Shown in pieces: positions 26,900 to 36,631 of a stretch of DNA of 64,000 bases. Below the pieces are notes generated by a model. It was not told the DNA's origin. It searched no databases and saw only the letters and a list, made by a program, of their open reading frames with translations. The stretch comes from Dongiaceae bacterium. GTDB taxonomy: Bacteria; Pseudomonadota; Alphaproteobacteria; Dongiales; Dongiaceae. The stretch's first letter is position 1. Every line of letters starts with the position of its first letter. The stretch covers positions 3,691-67,690 of the forward strand of contig DASSBF010000095.1 of the NCBI GenBank assembly GCA_035699005.1. Reading direction: 5' to 3'. Both the position numbers and the translations under genes were made by a program.

Positions 26900-28036
26900 T
26901 CAGGTCGGCGTCGCGGCCAGGGCAGCCTTGCGGTCCTGCGGCGGCGCCATGCGCCGATACGTGAAGGCGGGTGCCGGTTCCGACGACGCGCTATCCGCCA
27001 GCGCGCGCAATGTGCCGTGCCTCTCCGACAGCGCGCAGGCCGGATCGGCGGCGACGGCAGTTCCGGTGATGGCGAGGGCCTGGCAGCGGCAGCCTCCCCA
27101 ATCCACCTCGCGCTGGTCGCAGCTTCGGCAGGGTTCCGGCATCCAGCCGGTGCCGCGGAATCGCTCGAAGGCCTCGGACGCAGCCCAGATCTCCGCCAAA
27201 GCCTTGTGCCGCACGGATTCGAAAGCGAGGCCGGAAATGGTTTGCGCGGCGTGGCACGGCAGGACCTCGCCGCTGGGCGTGATGTTGAGGAACTGCCGGC
27301 CCCAGCCGCCCATGCAGGCCTTTGGCTGGCGCGCGTAATAGTCCGGCAGGACATAATCGATGACGATGCTGCCGCGCAGCCGTTCGCGTGCTGCTTCCAC
27401 GCGTGCAGTCGCTTCCTGCACCTGCTCCAGGGTCGGCATCAAGGCGGCGCGGTTGCGGATGGCCCAGCCGTAATACTGCACGTGCGCGACCTCGACCCGC
27501 GCCGCGCCAAGCGCCACCGCCAAGTCGATCATGCGCTCGACACGCACGACGTTGTGCCGGTTCACCACGGCGTTGATGGTGAGCGGCAGGCCGGCGGCAC
27601 GCACCATGCGGGCAAAGGCCAGCTTCTTGCCCTGCACGCCGGGATAGTTGGCGATATGGGCAGCGGTCTGATGGTCGACATCCTGCATGCTGAGCTGGAC
27701 GTGGTCCAGCCCCGCTTGCGCCAGCCGGGCGACGCGCGGCTCGTCCAGCGTGACGCCGGAGGTGATGAGATTGCTGTAGAGCCCGGCGCGGCGGGCATGC
27801 GCCACCAGGTCCGGCAGGTCGCGCCGCACGGCCGGCTCGCCGCCGGAGAAATGCACCTGCAGGACGCCGAGCTCGGCAGCCTCGTCGAGGACCCGCATCC
27901 ATTCCGCCGTCGAAAGCTCGCCTTTTGCCCGCTCCAGTTCCAGCGGATTGGAGCAATAGGGACACTGCAACGGACAGCGGTGCGTCAGCTCGAGCAGAGC
28001 CGCCAGCGGGGGACCGAGTTCGGCAGCAAGATTCAT
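26900..28036 (-). CDS. pqqE: PqqA peptide cyclase (radical SAM)
   Basis: [24 protein letters not shown] and DWGGCRCQA motifs. Confidence 0.96.
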   Translation of the reverse strand: MNLAAELGPPLAALLELTHRCPLQCPYCSNPLELERAKGELSTAEWMRVLDEAAELGVLQVHFSGGEPAVRRDLPDLVAHARRAGLYSNLITSGVTLDEPRVARLAQAGLDHVQLSMQDVDHQTAAHIANYPGVQGKKLAFARMVRAAGLPLTINAVVNRHNVVRVERMIDLAVALGAARVEVAHVQYYGWAIRNRAALMPTLEQVQEATARVEAARERLRGSIVIDYVLPDYYARQPKACMGGWGRQFLNITPSGEVLPCHAAQTISGLAFESVRHKALAEIWAASEAFERFRGTGWMPEPCRSCDQREVDWGGCRCQALAITGTAVAADPACALSERHGTLRALADSASSEPAPAFTYRRMAPPQDRKAALAATPT

Positions 28037-28317
28037 GTGGTCACGATCCGCTTCTCGATGAGCGAGACCAGCAGGTCGCGGACGTCATGCTCGATCTCGC
28101 TGCGATCCGCGCTATAGGCGCTCGCCAGTTCGTCGACGATGTCGTCCAAATGCCTGGTGCCGTCGCAGCGCTGCAGGATCTCCAGCGCCGTTTCGTCGGG
28201 CACCAGCACGCGCTCGGGCGCCAGCACTACCCAGCGGTCGCGCGCCTTGTCGAAAGTCAGTCGGACCCCGGGGGCAAGGCCCGGGCAGGCCCCGCTCGGC
28301 AATTGGGGCATGGTCAT
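28033..28317 (-). CDS. pqqD: PqqA-binding chaperone
   Basis: WVVLAPERV...EILQRCDG motif; ATGA-coupled between pqqC and pqqE. Confidence 0.92.
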   Translation of the reverse strand: MTMPQLPSGACPGLAPGVRLTFDKARDRWVVLAPERVLVPDETALEILQRCDGTRHLDDIVDELASAYSADRSEIEHDVRDLLVSLIEKRIVTT

Positions 28318-29060
28318 GGAATATCCTCCGATCGGAAGGCGCCAGGCGGCACGTGGCCGGGCGCGACATAGGCGTGATGGAGCGCATCGAGCTGCACCCA
28401 GAGCACGTCGCACTTGAACTCCAGCGCGCGCAGCACGGCCTGCTGCTGGTGCGGCAGGCGCGCCTCGCGCTTCACGTATTCGACGGCAAAATCCGCGTCG
28501 CGCGGCGCTTGGCTGAGGCGCTTGTCGAAATAGCCGAGCGCCCGGCGGTCGATGAAATCGTAGCTGGCAAGCATGCCCGTCACGCGTTCGCTGATGATGG
28601 CGGGGGCGAACAGTTCCGTGAGCGATGAGGCCACGGCCTCCAGCAGGGTGCGTTCGCGCACGAAGTGGAGATAGGCTTCGACGGCGAAGCGCGTTGCCGG
28701 CAACAACCCCTGTCCGGACAGCACATAGTCGCGCGTGAACCCCAGCGCATCGGTCAGGCGCAGCCAGCGTTCGATTCCGCCTTCGCCGCCTTCGCCGCCC
28801 ATGTCGCCATCGTGATCGACGATGCGCTGCCGCCAGGCGCGGCGAAACTCCCGGTCCGGCGCCCGCGACAGGATCGCGGCGTCCTTCATCGGAATCATCG
28901 ATTGGTAGAAATAGCGGTTGAGCGCCCAGGCCCGGACCTGGCCGCGGTTCAGCTTTCCGCCGTGCAGCAGGGCATGGAAGGGGTGCCGGTTGTGATAGCG
29001 CACCGCGCCGATCGAGCGTAATGCGGCCTCCAGCTCCTCCGGGCCCATCAGCTCGGTCAT
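28314..29060 (-). CDS. pqqC: Pyrroloquinoline-quinone synthase
   Basis: RYHNRHPFH, WALNRYFYQ, RIVDHDG, SSLTELFAP and FKCDVLW.QLDAL motifs. Confidence 0.96.
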   Translation of the reverse strand: MTELMGPEELEAALRSIGAVRYHNRHPFHALLHGGKLNRGQVRAWALNRYFYQSMIPMKDAAILSRAPDREFRRAWRQRIVDHDGDMGGEGGEGGIERWLRLTDALGFTRDYVLSGQGLLPATRFAVEAYLHFVRERTLLEAVASSLTELFAPAIISERVTGMLASYDFIDRRALGYFDKRLSQAPRDADFAVEYVKREARLPHQQQAVLRALEFKCDVLWVQLDALHHAYVAPGHVPPGAFRSEDIP

Positions 29061-29974
29061 AGCGTGATCCTCATGCCGTCCTCTGCGACCTCCCAGCCGC
29101 GGGCAGCGACCTCCGCCCGCTCGGGCGAGTCCTCGTCCAGCACGGGATTGGTCGTGTTCACGTGGATGAAGATCTTGCGCGCGACCTCCAGCCCGTCGAA
29201 GGCGGTCAGCGTTCCCGATCCGCCATTGATGCTCATGTGGCCCATCCTCTGGCCGGTCTTCCGACTGATCCCGAGCCGCACCAGCTCGTCGTCAGACCAC
29301 AGGGTGCCGTCGAAGAAGACCAGGGCCGAACCGCGCAGGCGCTGCTCCAGCTCCGATGTCATGCGCGCGCAGCCCGGGATGAAGTGGAACCTGGCCTCTC
29401 CCGAGCCGATCTCAAGGCCAATGGTATCCTCTGCCACGCCGCCGAGATGCTGGGGATCACGTCCCTCGAGGAACAGCGGCACCTTGCCCGGCACTGCAAA
29501 GGCGGTCATGGACAGGCCGAGCGGCCCATCGCTGCCGGCGAGCTCGACACGTTCGCCCAGCGAAAAGGTCCGCCGTTCCACGTAATCCGGGTTGAGCGCA
29601 CCGAAGATTGGGTTCTCCGCCAGCAAGCCGAGCACGCGAGTTGTTCCCCACAGCACGAACGGCTGGCTCTCGCGCATCGACAGCAGGCCCGTCACGTGGT
29701 CGATCTCGGCGCTGGTGAGGACGACCGCGTGGACGGGCGAATCGCGCGGCGCCGCCCGCGGCCACAGGCATGGAGTCTGCAGAAGCTGCTGTCGCGCGTC
29801 GGGCGAAGCATTGAGCATCGCCCAGCGCGTGCCGTCGGCGCTGATCGCGACCGAGGCCTGCGTCCGCCACCTGGCGCGCGCCGAATCTTCGCGCGCCCGT
29901 CTGCTGGTGGGCGCATTGCAGTTCCACTGGGGAAAGCCTCCGCCGGCCGCAGAACCGAGCACCACCACTTCCAT
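29057..29974 (-). CDS. pqqB: PQQ biosynthesis protein B
   Basis: LGSAAGGGFPQWNCN, LNASPD, PGKVPL, MGHM and IHVNTTNP motifs. Confidence 0.96.
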   Translation of the reverse strand: MEVVVLGSAAGGGFPQWNCNAPTSRRAREDSARARWRTQASVAISADGTRWAMLNASPDARQQLLQTPCLWPRAAPRDSPVHAVVLTSAEIDHVTGLLSMRESQPFVLWGTTRVLGLLAENPIFGALNPDYVERRTFSLGERVELAGSDGPLGLSMTAFAVPGKVPLFLEGRDPQHLGGVAEDTIGLEIGSGEARFHFIPGCARMTSELEQRLRGSALVFFDGTLWSDDELVRLGISRKTGQRMGHMSINGGSGTLTAFDGLEVARKIFIHVNTTNPVLDEDSPERAEVAARGWEVAEDGMRITL

Positions 29975-30031
29975 GGTTGCTAAACCCTGGCTCCAGAGTC
30001 GCCCCGCTTTGTCGCGCGGCGGAGGGTCGAG

Positions 30032-30112
30032 TTACAGGCGCGCGCAGGCGTAGCTGTTGATCTCGAGGCCGACGCAGATTTCGCGCAACCGCGGAGTCTT
30101 CCAAGTCTTCAT
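30032..30112 (-). CDS. pqqA: PQQ precursor peptide MKTWKTPRLREICVGLEINSYACARL (26 aa; not in the ORF track)
   Basis: W.TP and E-I-N-S-Y (ExxxY) motifs; GGGAGAG RBS; immediately upstream of pqqB. Confidence 0.95.
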   Translation of the reverse strand: MKTWKTPRLREICVGLEINSYACARL

Positions 30113-30225
30113 GGTCAACTCTCCCAGTCCATAGCGATCAATGAGTTCGAACATGCCGGCATCGCCAGCACGACCATCCTACGAACGCCATTCCCCGCAT
30201 GCCAGGGCAATTGCCGCCGCCGCTC

Positions 30226-30241
30226 TCATCCTTTGGACCAA
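30226..30241. promoter_or_regulatory. C1-island 7-2-7 motif, copy C (upstream of pqqA)
   Basis: TCATCCT-TT-GGACCAA. Confidence 0.55.
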
Positions 30242-30264
30242 GATTTTGCAGTGCAGTAGCCCGG

Positions 30265-30696
30265 TCAGGGTCGGCAGCTCTCGCGCAGGTCGCCGAAGCC
30301 GAGGCGGGCCATCTCGATCGAGAATGTCCGGATCGAATCCGCACTGTCGCGCAGCCACCGCGTCTGGACATCGAACGCCTCGCGCTCCCGCTCGGTCCAG
30401 GTCCGGCAATCCACCGGCTGCGGGTGCGCGACGCTCTTGATCTGCAGGAAGTGTGTCAGCTCGTGCACCAGGATGCTGGTGGCCACCGGATCGCTGCCGA
30501 TTTTCAAGGCCTCGTCAATGACGATGTCGCCATCCGGCGAAGTGAAGCCGAAAACCTGGCAGGGGCGCCCGCAGACCCGTTGCGCAAGGGCGTCGTGGCT
30601 GAGTGGCGTGATATGCGGCGGGTCGCCTGGAATGGCGTAGCCCGTATAGCCCGAGATCGCAGTGAGCAGGGCCGCAACCAGACTGGCTGATATCAT
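30265..30696 (-). CDS. Small exported HExxH protein (DUF6647-like)
   Basis: Hydrophobic N-terminus; SILVHELTHFLQ, C...EREAF..Q.RWL; 4 Cys. Confidence 0.7.
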   Translation of the reverse strand: MISASLVAALLTAISGYTGYAIPGDPPHITPLSHDALAQRVCGRPCQVFGFTSPDGDIVIDEALKIGSDPVATSILVHELTHFLQIKSVAHPQPVDCRTWTEREREAFDVQTRWLRDSADSIRTFSIEMARLGFGDLRESCRP

Positions 30697-30836
30697 GACA
30701 CTCCCGTGCGTTGCGGCGGGGGCGGCCCGGCTCCGCTATTTGACGGCGCATTGGCCGGAAGATCAATTGCCCGTCCGGCCAGTCTGTGATTTGTTTTCGC
30801 AAGTTTCGCAGCGAACGCGGCGGAGGACGAGTGGTC

Positions 30837-31184
30837 ATGCGGTCAGCGGTGGTTTGTGCAATGGCGGCCTTCGCTCTCTCCCTGGCCAGCGCACCGCGGC
30901 ATGCCGAGGCGAATGCCTATCCGACCGACGTCGTCGCCGACTACGTGATCGGTTGCATGGCCGCGAACGGCGAGACGCAGGACATACTGCGGCGCTGTTC
31001 CTGCAGCATCGATGCCGTGGCCTCGATCCTGCCGTACGACACCTACGAGCGGGCCGACACCATCATCCGCATGGCCGGCGTGGCCGGCGACAACACCTCG
31101 ATGTTCCGCGAGATGACCATGCTGAAGAACGTGGTCGACCAGCTTCGCCTGGCCCAGATCGAGGCCGACTTCCGCTGCTTCTGA
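30837..31184 (+). CDS. Conserved exported 4-Cys protein associated with PQQ dehydrogenase clusters
   Basis: Signal peptide (..HAEA); YPT...DYVIGCM, RCSCSID and terminal RCF; GGAGG RBS; GC3-rich codons. Confidence 0.8.
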   Translation: MRSAVVCAMAAFALSLASAPRHAEANAYPTDVVADYVIGCMAANGETQDILRRCSCSIDAVASILPYDTYERADTIIRMAGVAGDNTSMFREMTMLKNVVDQLRLAQIEADFRCF

Positions 31185-31232
31185 CCCACCTGCCTCGGGG
31201 CTGTCGCGGTATCCCGGCCGTTACATGCGGCA

Positions 31233-31248
31233 TTGTTCTTTGGTCGAA
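31233..31248. promoter_or_regulatory. C1-island 7-2-7 motif, copy D (upstream of the cytochrome c / Lut-like operon)
   Basis: TTGTTCT-TT-GGTCGAA. Confidence 0.6.
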
Positions 31249-31388
31249 CACCGGCAAACCGGCCTTGCCCGCCCTTTCTGCGATTCCTAGAGTTGCCCCC
31301 GGATGAGAACCCGACCGGAGCGTCGCGCCTTTCTCCGGGCACGCACTGGATCACCACCATAGACCGCCACTACGGAAGGCTCCCCGCG

Positions 31389-31793
31389 ATGCGATTCTCC
31401 ACCTGTCTGCTCGGCGCGATCCTTGCTTTTCCCACCGCACTCCTGCTCGGTTCGGGAATGTCGCTTGCCGTGGCGGCCGGCGATCCGGGTCATGGCAAGA
31501 AGATCTTCGCCAAGTGCCAGGCCTGCCATTCGATCGAGGCGGGGGTGAACAAGGTCGGCCCATCGTTGCACGGGGTGATCGGCCGCGCCTCGGCGACGGC
31601 CCCCTCCTACACCTACTCCGACGCGATGAAGAACGCCCACGTGAACTGGACGCCTGAGATCCTGGATCAATATCTCACCAATCCCAAGAAAATGGTGCCC
31701 GGCACCAAGATGACCTTCCCAGGCCTGCCCAAGGAGCAGGATCGGGCCGACGTCATCGCCTATCTCGAGCAGGCGGCGGGAAGCTCGCAGTGA
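31389..31793 (+). CDS. Class I cytochrome c (c2/c550-like)
   Basis: CQACH, KVGPSL.GVIGR and PGTKMTFPGL motifs; signal peptide. Confidence 0.93.
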   Translation: MRFSTCLLGAILAFPTALLLGSGMSLAVAAGDPGHGKKIFAKCQACHSIEAGVNKVGPSLHGVIGRASATAPSYTYSDAMKNAHVNWTPEILDQYLTNPKKMVPGTKMTFPGLPKEQDRADVIAYLEQAAGSSQ

Positions 31794-33025
31794 ACAACGG
31801 CCGCTTCCCGCTTGGCCGCCTGATCCGCGTGCTCGCCGGCGTTGCGGCCGCCCTCCTCCTGGCGCCGGAGGGAATCCAGGTTTCGGCCGCGGAAACCGCC
31901 GTGCTGCATGTTCCGATCGTGTATCTCGGAGAGGCCATTCCCGAGCCGCCGCCGCTGTCGCTGGTGGAGCCGATCGCCAAGGACAAGGGCATAGCGGGCG
32001 CTCAGCTCGCTATCGAGGACAACAACACCACGGGCAAGTTCCTGCATCAGGACTTCGAGTTGGTACAGAAGATCATTCCCGCCGGCGGCGATCTGAAGGG
32101 CGCCGCGAGCGAGCTGGCGAAGGCCGGACAGAAGCTGGTCATTGCGGACCTCGCCGCGCCGCGCCTGACCGAGCTCGCCGACATGCCGGACATGAAGGAC
32201 GCCATCATTCTCAATGTTCGCGCCGAGGACGATAGCCTGCGCGTGTCCAACTGCCGTGCGAACGTGTTCCACCTGATTCCGAGCCGGGCGATGAAGGCGG
32301 ACGCCCTGGGGCAATGGCTGGTCAGCAAGAAATGGATGCGCTGGGTGCTGGTCTATGGCACCAACGATCCCGACAAGGCGTTTGCCGATGCCATCCGCCG
32401 CACCGCCAAGCGCTACCGCGCCGAGATCGTCGAGGAGCGCGCCTACGAGTTCGAGGCCGGATCCCGCCGCACCGACACCGGCGAGGCACAGATCCGGGAG
32501 CAGATGACGCAGCTCACCCAGCGCCTTCCCGACTACGACGTCATGATCGTGGCGGACGAAAGCGAAGTGTTTGGCGACTACCTGCCCTATCGCACCTGGG
32601 ATCCGCGGCCGGTGGTCGGGACGCAAGGGCTGGTGCCCACCGCCTGGCATCGCAGCCAGGAGCAGTGGGGCGGCACCCAGCTCCAGCGCCGGTTCGAGCG
32701 TGCGTCGCACCGCTGGATGCTGGAGCGCGACTACGCCGCCTGGGAGGCGGTACGGACGATCGGCGAAGCAGTCAGCCGCACCAACAGCGGCGATGCCGCG
32801 AGCTTGCACAAATACATCATGTCCGACGACTTTGCGCTTGCCGCGTTCAAGGGCAAGGCGCTGAGCTTCCGCAAGTGGAACCAGGAACTCCGCCAGCCGA
32901 TCCTGCTGGCGACGCCGCTGATGCTGGTGTCGGTCTCGCCGCAGGAAGGGTTCCTGCACGAGCGCACGCCGCTGGATACACTGGGCTATGACGAGCCGGA
33001 TTCGAGCTGTCGCCTGAACCCGTAG
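31790..33025 (+). CDS. ABC substrate-binding protein of PQQ-dehydrogenase clusters (LutA-like)
   Basis: DNNTTGKF, PSRAM.ADAL.Q, EQWGGTQLQRRF, SFRKWN.ELRQPI and SPQEGFLH..LDTLG.D.P...C motifs. Confidence 0.85.
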   Translation: MNNGRFPLGRLIRVLAGVAAALLLAPEGIQVSAAETAVLHVPIVYLGEAIPEPPPLSLVEPIAKDKGIAGAQLAIEDNNTTGKFLHQDFELVQKIIPAGGDLKGAASELAKAGQKLVIADLAAPRLTELADMPDMKDAIILNVRAEDDSLRVSNCRANVFHLIPSRAMKADALGQWLVSKKWMRWVLVYGTNDPDKAFADAIRRTAKRYRAEIVEERAYEFEAGSRRTDTGEAQIREQMTQLTQRLPDYDVMIVADESEVFGDYLPYRTWDPRPVVGTQGLVPTAWHRSQEQWGGTQLQRRFERASHRWMLERDYAAWEAVRTIGEAVSRTNSGDAASLHKYIMSDDFALAAFKGKALSFRKWNQELRQPILLATPLMLVSVSPQEGFLHERTPLDTLGYDEPDSSCRLNP

Positions 33026-33040
33026 GTCTGGGAGAACCTC

Positions 33041-34012
33041 ATGCTACGCTGGAAGCTGCTGACCATCATTTCGGCCATCGGCTCGTTTCTCGCGGCGGCA
33101 CCTGCGCTCGCCTACACCGCCTATGTCTCCAACGAGAAAGGCAACACCATTACCGTGATCGATCTCGACAAGATGGAAACGGTGGCGACGGTCCCGGTTG
33201 GCGAGCGGCCGCGCGGCATCGCGCTCAGCCATGACAAGAAGCATCTCTACATCTGCACCAGCGACGCCGACCACATCGAGGTGCTGGACCTTGATTCGCT
33301 GAAGGTGACCCAGATCCTGCCCAGCGGCCCAGATCCCGAGCAGTTCGTGGTATCCCGCGACGGCACGAAGCTCTATGTCGCGAACGAGGACAATGCTTTC
33401 GTGACGGTGCTCGACCTGGCCTCGGGCACCGCTTCCAATGAGATTCCGGTGGGCGTCGAGCCCGAGGGGATGGCTGTCAGCCCCGACGACAAGATCCTGA
33501 TCAACACCTCCGAGACCACCAACATGGCGCACTTCATCGATACCTCCAGCTTTGAGGTCGTCGACAGCGTGCTGGTGGACTCGCGCCCGCGCTATGCCGA
33601 GTTCTCACCCGATGGCAAGACACTATGGGTCTCTTCCGAGATCGGCGGGACCGTCACCGTGATCGATGTGGCTACACACAAGATCCTCAAGAAGATCCCG
33701 TTCGCGATCCAGGGCCTGCGCAACGATTCGATCGGGCCGGTCGGGATCAAGATCACGCCCGACGGCAAGACTGCCTTCGTCGCGCTCGGCCCCGCCAACC
33801 GCGTGGCTGTCATCGATACGGCCAGCTACGAGGTGCAAGACTATCTGCTGGTGGGCCAGCGGGTCTGGCAGATGGCGTTCACGCCGGATGCCAAGCTGCT
33901 GCTTTCGACCAACGGCAATTCCAACGACATCTCTGTGATCGACGTGGCCGACCGCAAGGTCCTGCGTTCAATTCCCGTCGGCGAGCAGCCGTGGGGCGTC
34001 GCGATCCGCTGA
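33041..34012 (+). CDS. YVTN beta-propeller protein of PQQ-dehydrogenase clusters (PedA2/LutB-like)
   Basis: AYVSNEK, PSGPDPE, GVEPEGM, TSETTNMAH and LLVGQRVW motifs. Confidence 0.88.
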   Translation: MLRWKLLTIISAIGSFLAAAPALAYTAYVSNEKGNTITVIDLDKMETVATVPVGERPRGIALSHDKKHLYICTSDADHIEVLDLDSLKVTQILPSGPDPEQFVVSRDGTKLYVANEDNAFVTVLDLASGTASNEIPVGVEPEGMAVSPDDKILINTSETTNMAHFIDTSSFEVVDSVLVDSRPRYAEFSPDGKTLWVSSEIGGTVTVIDVATHKILKKIPFAIQGLRNDSIGPVGIKITPDGKTAFVALGPANRVAVIDTASYEVQDYLLVGQRVWQMAFTPDAKLLLSTNGNSNDISVIDVADRKVLRSIPVGEQPWGVAIR

Positions 34013-34013
34013 C

Positions 34014-34787
34014 ATGGTTGACCTCGCACACCTGCCGTCCCGTCATCCCGCCTCCACTCCGGAAGCGCTGGCGATCAGCGGCCTGACGCACCGGATCGGC
34101 GACCGCGTCATCCTGCAGGACATCGCGCTGACGGTGCCGGCGGGCCGGCTGGTCATCCTGCTCGGGCCGAACGGCGCCGGCAAGACGACCCTGCTGTCCC
34201 TGGTCACGCGGCTCTATGCCGCGCAGCAGGGGACCATCACGGTCTTCGGCCACGATGTGCGCAAGAAAAGCTCGGCCGCCTTGTCCATGATGGGCGTGGT
34301 GTTCCAGCAGCGCGCCATCGATCCCGATCTGACGGCGCGGCAGAACCTCGCCTATCATGCCGCCCTGCATGGATTGCCGCGCCGGGTGGCGCGGGCGCGG
34401 ATCGCCGCCGAGCTGGAGCGGATGAACCTCGTCAAGGACGCCGACCGGAAGATCCGCACCCTCTCCGGCGGCGAATCGCGCCGCATCGAGATCGCGCGTG
34501 CCCTGCTGCACAACCCGCTTCTGCTGCTGTGCGACGAGGCGACGGTCGGCCTCGACGTGCGCAGCCGCGCCGACATACTCGGCGACGTGCGCGGCCTGGT
34601 GCGTGACCGCGGCGTGGCCGTGCTGTGGGCGACCCATCTGATCGACGAGGTGGAACCGGACGATCTCATCGTCATCCTGCATCGCGGACGCATATTGCGG
34701 CAGGGCCGCCCGGGCGAAATCGCGCAGGCGCTGGGCGCGGACGGCCTCAACGACGCCTTCCGCCGCGCCACCGAGGCGGCGGCATGA
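34014..34787 (+). CDS. ABC ATP-binding protein (PedB/LutE-like)
   Basis: GPNGAGKTT, YHAALHG, LSGG, DEATVGLD and LWATHLIDE motifs. Confidence 0.9.
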   Translation: MVDLAHLPSRHPASTPEALAISGLTHRIGDRVILQDIALTVPAGRLVILLGPNGAGKTTLLSLVTRLYAAQQGTITVFGHDVRKKSSAALSMMGVVFQQRAIDPDLTARQNLAYHAALHGLPRRVARARIAAELERMNLVKDADRKIRTLSGGESRRIEIARALLHNPLLLLCDEATVGLDVRSRADILGDVRGLVRDRGVAVLWATHLIDEVEPDDLIVILHRGRILRQGRPGEIAQALGADGLNDAFRRATEAAA

Positions 34788-35596
34788 ACGCGGCCGCGAT
34801 GTTCCGCTGCTTCCTCGGCATCCTGTGGCGGGAGGTCCTGCGTTTCCTCCAGCAGCGCAGCCGCTTCGTGGCTGCACTGGTGCGGCCGCTGATCTGGCTG
34901 TTCGTGTTCGCGGCCGGCTTCCGCTCGGTGCTCGGCGTCTCGATCGTGCCGCCGTACCAGACCTACATCCTCTATGACGAGTACGTGATCCCGGGCCTGG
35001 TCGCCATGATCCAGCTTTTCAACGGAATGCAGAGCTCGCTCTCCATGGTCTATGACCGCGAAGTCGGCAGCATGCGTGTGCTGCTGACCAGCCCGATGCC
35101 GCGCTGGTTCCTGCTGCTGTCCAAGCTGATGTCGGGGACGCTGCTTTCGCTGGCGCAGGTCTATGTGTTCCTGCTGATCGCCTTCGTCTACGGGATCCGG
35201 ATGCCGCCGCTCGGCTATCTCACCCTGCTGCCGGCCCTCGTGCTGTCGGGCCTGATGCTTGGCGGATTGGGATTGCTGCTGTCCTCGATGATCCGGCAGC
35301 TCGAAAACTTCGCCGGCGTGATGAACTTCATCATCTTTCCGATGTTCTTCACGTCCTCGGCGCTCTATCCGCTGTGGAAGGTGGAGGAAGCGAGCCCGAT
35401 CCTGCGCGACATCTGCGGCGTCAACCCGTTCACCTATGCGGTCGAGCTGGTCCGCTTCGCGCTCTATGTCCAGTTCGACGGCCCGTCCGCGCTGGTGGTC
35501 GCAGGCTGCATGATCGCCTTCGTCGCCGGCGCGATCGTCGCCTATGACCCGTCCAAGGGCATCATCACGCGCGTGCGCGCGGGCGCGGCGGCGTAA
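34784..35596 (+). CDS. ABC-2 type permease (PedC/LutF-like)
   Basis: LVRPLIWL, LFNGMQSSLSMVYDRE and QLENFAGVMNFIIFPMFF motifs. Confidence 0.9.
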   Translation: MNAAAMFRCFLGILWREVLRFLQQRSRFVAALVRPLIWLFVFAAGFRSVLGVSIVPPYQTYILYDEYVIPGLVAMIQLFNGMQSSLSMVYDREVGSMRVLLTSPMPRWFLLLSKLMSGTLLSLAQVYVFLLIAFVYGIRMPPLGYLTLLPALVLSGLMLGGLGLLLSSMIRQLENFAGVMNFIIFPMFFTSSALYPLWKVEEASPILRDICGVNPFTYAVELVRFALYVQFDGPSALVVAGCMIAFVAGAIVAYDPSKGIITRVRAGAAA

Positions 35597-35607
35597 CGGA
35601 GGTGAGC

Positions 35608-36324
35608 ATGAAACCGATTGTCCCGCCGCTTTGGCTGCTTGCCGCCATCGGCCTCGCATCAATCGCCGCCACCGCTGCCACCGCGCAAAGCACGGAGGCG
35701 CCAGGAGTAGAGGCACCGGGAGCCACGTCGGGCGGAAGCGGGCAGTCCGCCGCCCCGGCCGCCGCCGATCCCAACTCCGAATGGCCATGCGAGCAGCCGC
35801 TGCGCCCGGAATTGTCGATGGGAGCGATGTGGTCGGGACCGCAGCCCGGCGACGATCAGACCGACTGGCGGCAGGTGCCCGCCATCGCAGCCCTCGTCAA
35901 CGAGGTGGCGCCGCGGCGTACGCCGCAGGACGAAGCGGTTACAAGCATTCGCCGCTTCGCCGCCGGATACCAGGGCGAGGAGCGCACCAAGGTCCTGACC
36001 GAGCTGTTCGCAGGCCTGTTCGAGACCCTGAACGCCGACCGCAATGCCATCGTCAGGGGCATCAAGCGTTTCTACCGCCGGCAGGACGCCCTGGCTCACC
36101 GCATCGAAGACGGCTGGAAGGCGCTGGGCGAGATCGACCCCGACGCGACCGATCCCAAGCTGGTCGAACGGCGAGCCGGGCTGCAGCAGCAGGTGGACTG
36201 GGACAGCCGCATCTTCGATGATCGCCAGCGGCTGCTCCACGTCGTGTGCGACCAGCCGCAAGTGCTGGAGCAACGGGTGTTCGCGCTTTCCCGGGCAATC
36301 CAGGAGGAGCTCCCTCCTCAATAG
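35608..36324 (+). CDS. Exported helical protein following the Lut/Ped permease (LutG-like by position)
   Basis: Signal peptide, low-complexity linker, WPC.Q...LS..A.W.GP and W..RIF.DR....VC..P motifs; GGAGG RBS. Confidence 0.75.
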   Translation: MKPIVPPLWLLAAIGLASIAATAATAQSTEAPGVEAPGATSGGSGQSAAPAAADPNSEWPCEQPLRPELSMGAMWSGPQPGDDQTDWRQVPAIAALVNEVAPRRTPQDEAVTSIRRFAAGYQGEERTKVLTELFAGLFETLNADRNAIVRGIKRFYRRQDALAHRIEDGWKALGEIDPDATDPKLVERRAGLQQQVDWDSRIFDDRQRLLHVVCDQPQVLEQRVFALSRAIQEELPPQ

Positions 36325-36631
36325 CCGAGAGCGCCGGCCCTGGGTGCAGGCACCGAGTCGCAAACACTTTATCTAGCCCATTCGTGATAGTCGTCATGGT
36401 GCGATGCGATATTCCTGTTGAGATTTGCCCGCTGCGCCATACTCTTTGATCGCTGCATTGCAGCATCACGTGCGAGTCGCGGTGCGATGCGCATGGTGGG
36501 GGTTCCGAATTCAACAGTGCTAACCGGCCATTAAGCGGTCGCTGGTATCGTGCCTTGAGCGCGACGGCCGTGTGGCTGTTTATCAACAAGCCTGTCGAGG
36601 TCGTTCGCCAGGCTGTGGATGAGACCGGATC

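Noticed and set aside
36439-36454. ATACTCT-TT-GATCGCT as another motif copy
   Set aside because: It lacks the terminal T/A and the GG of the core.
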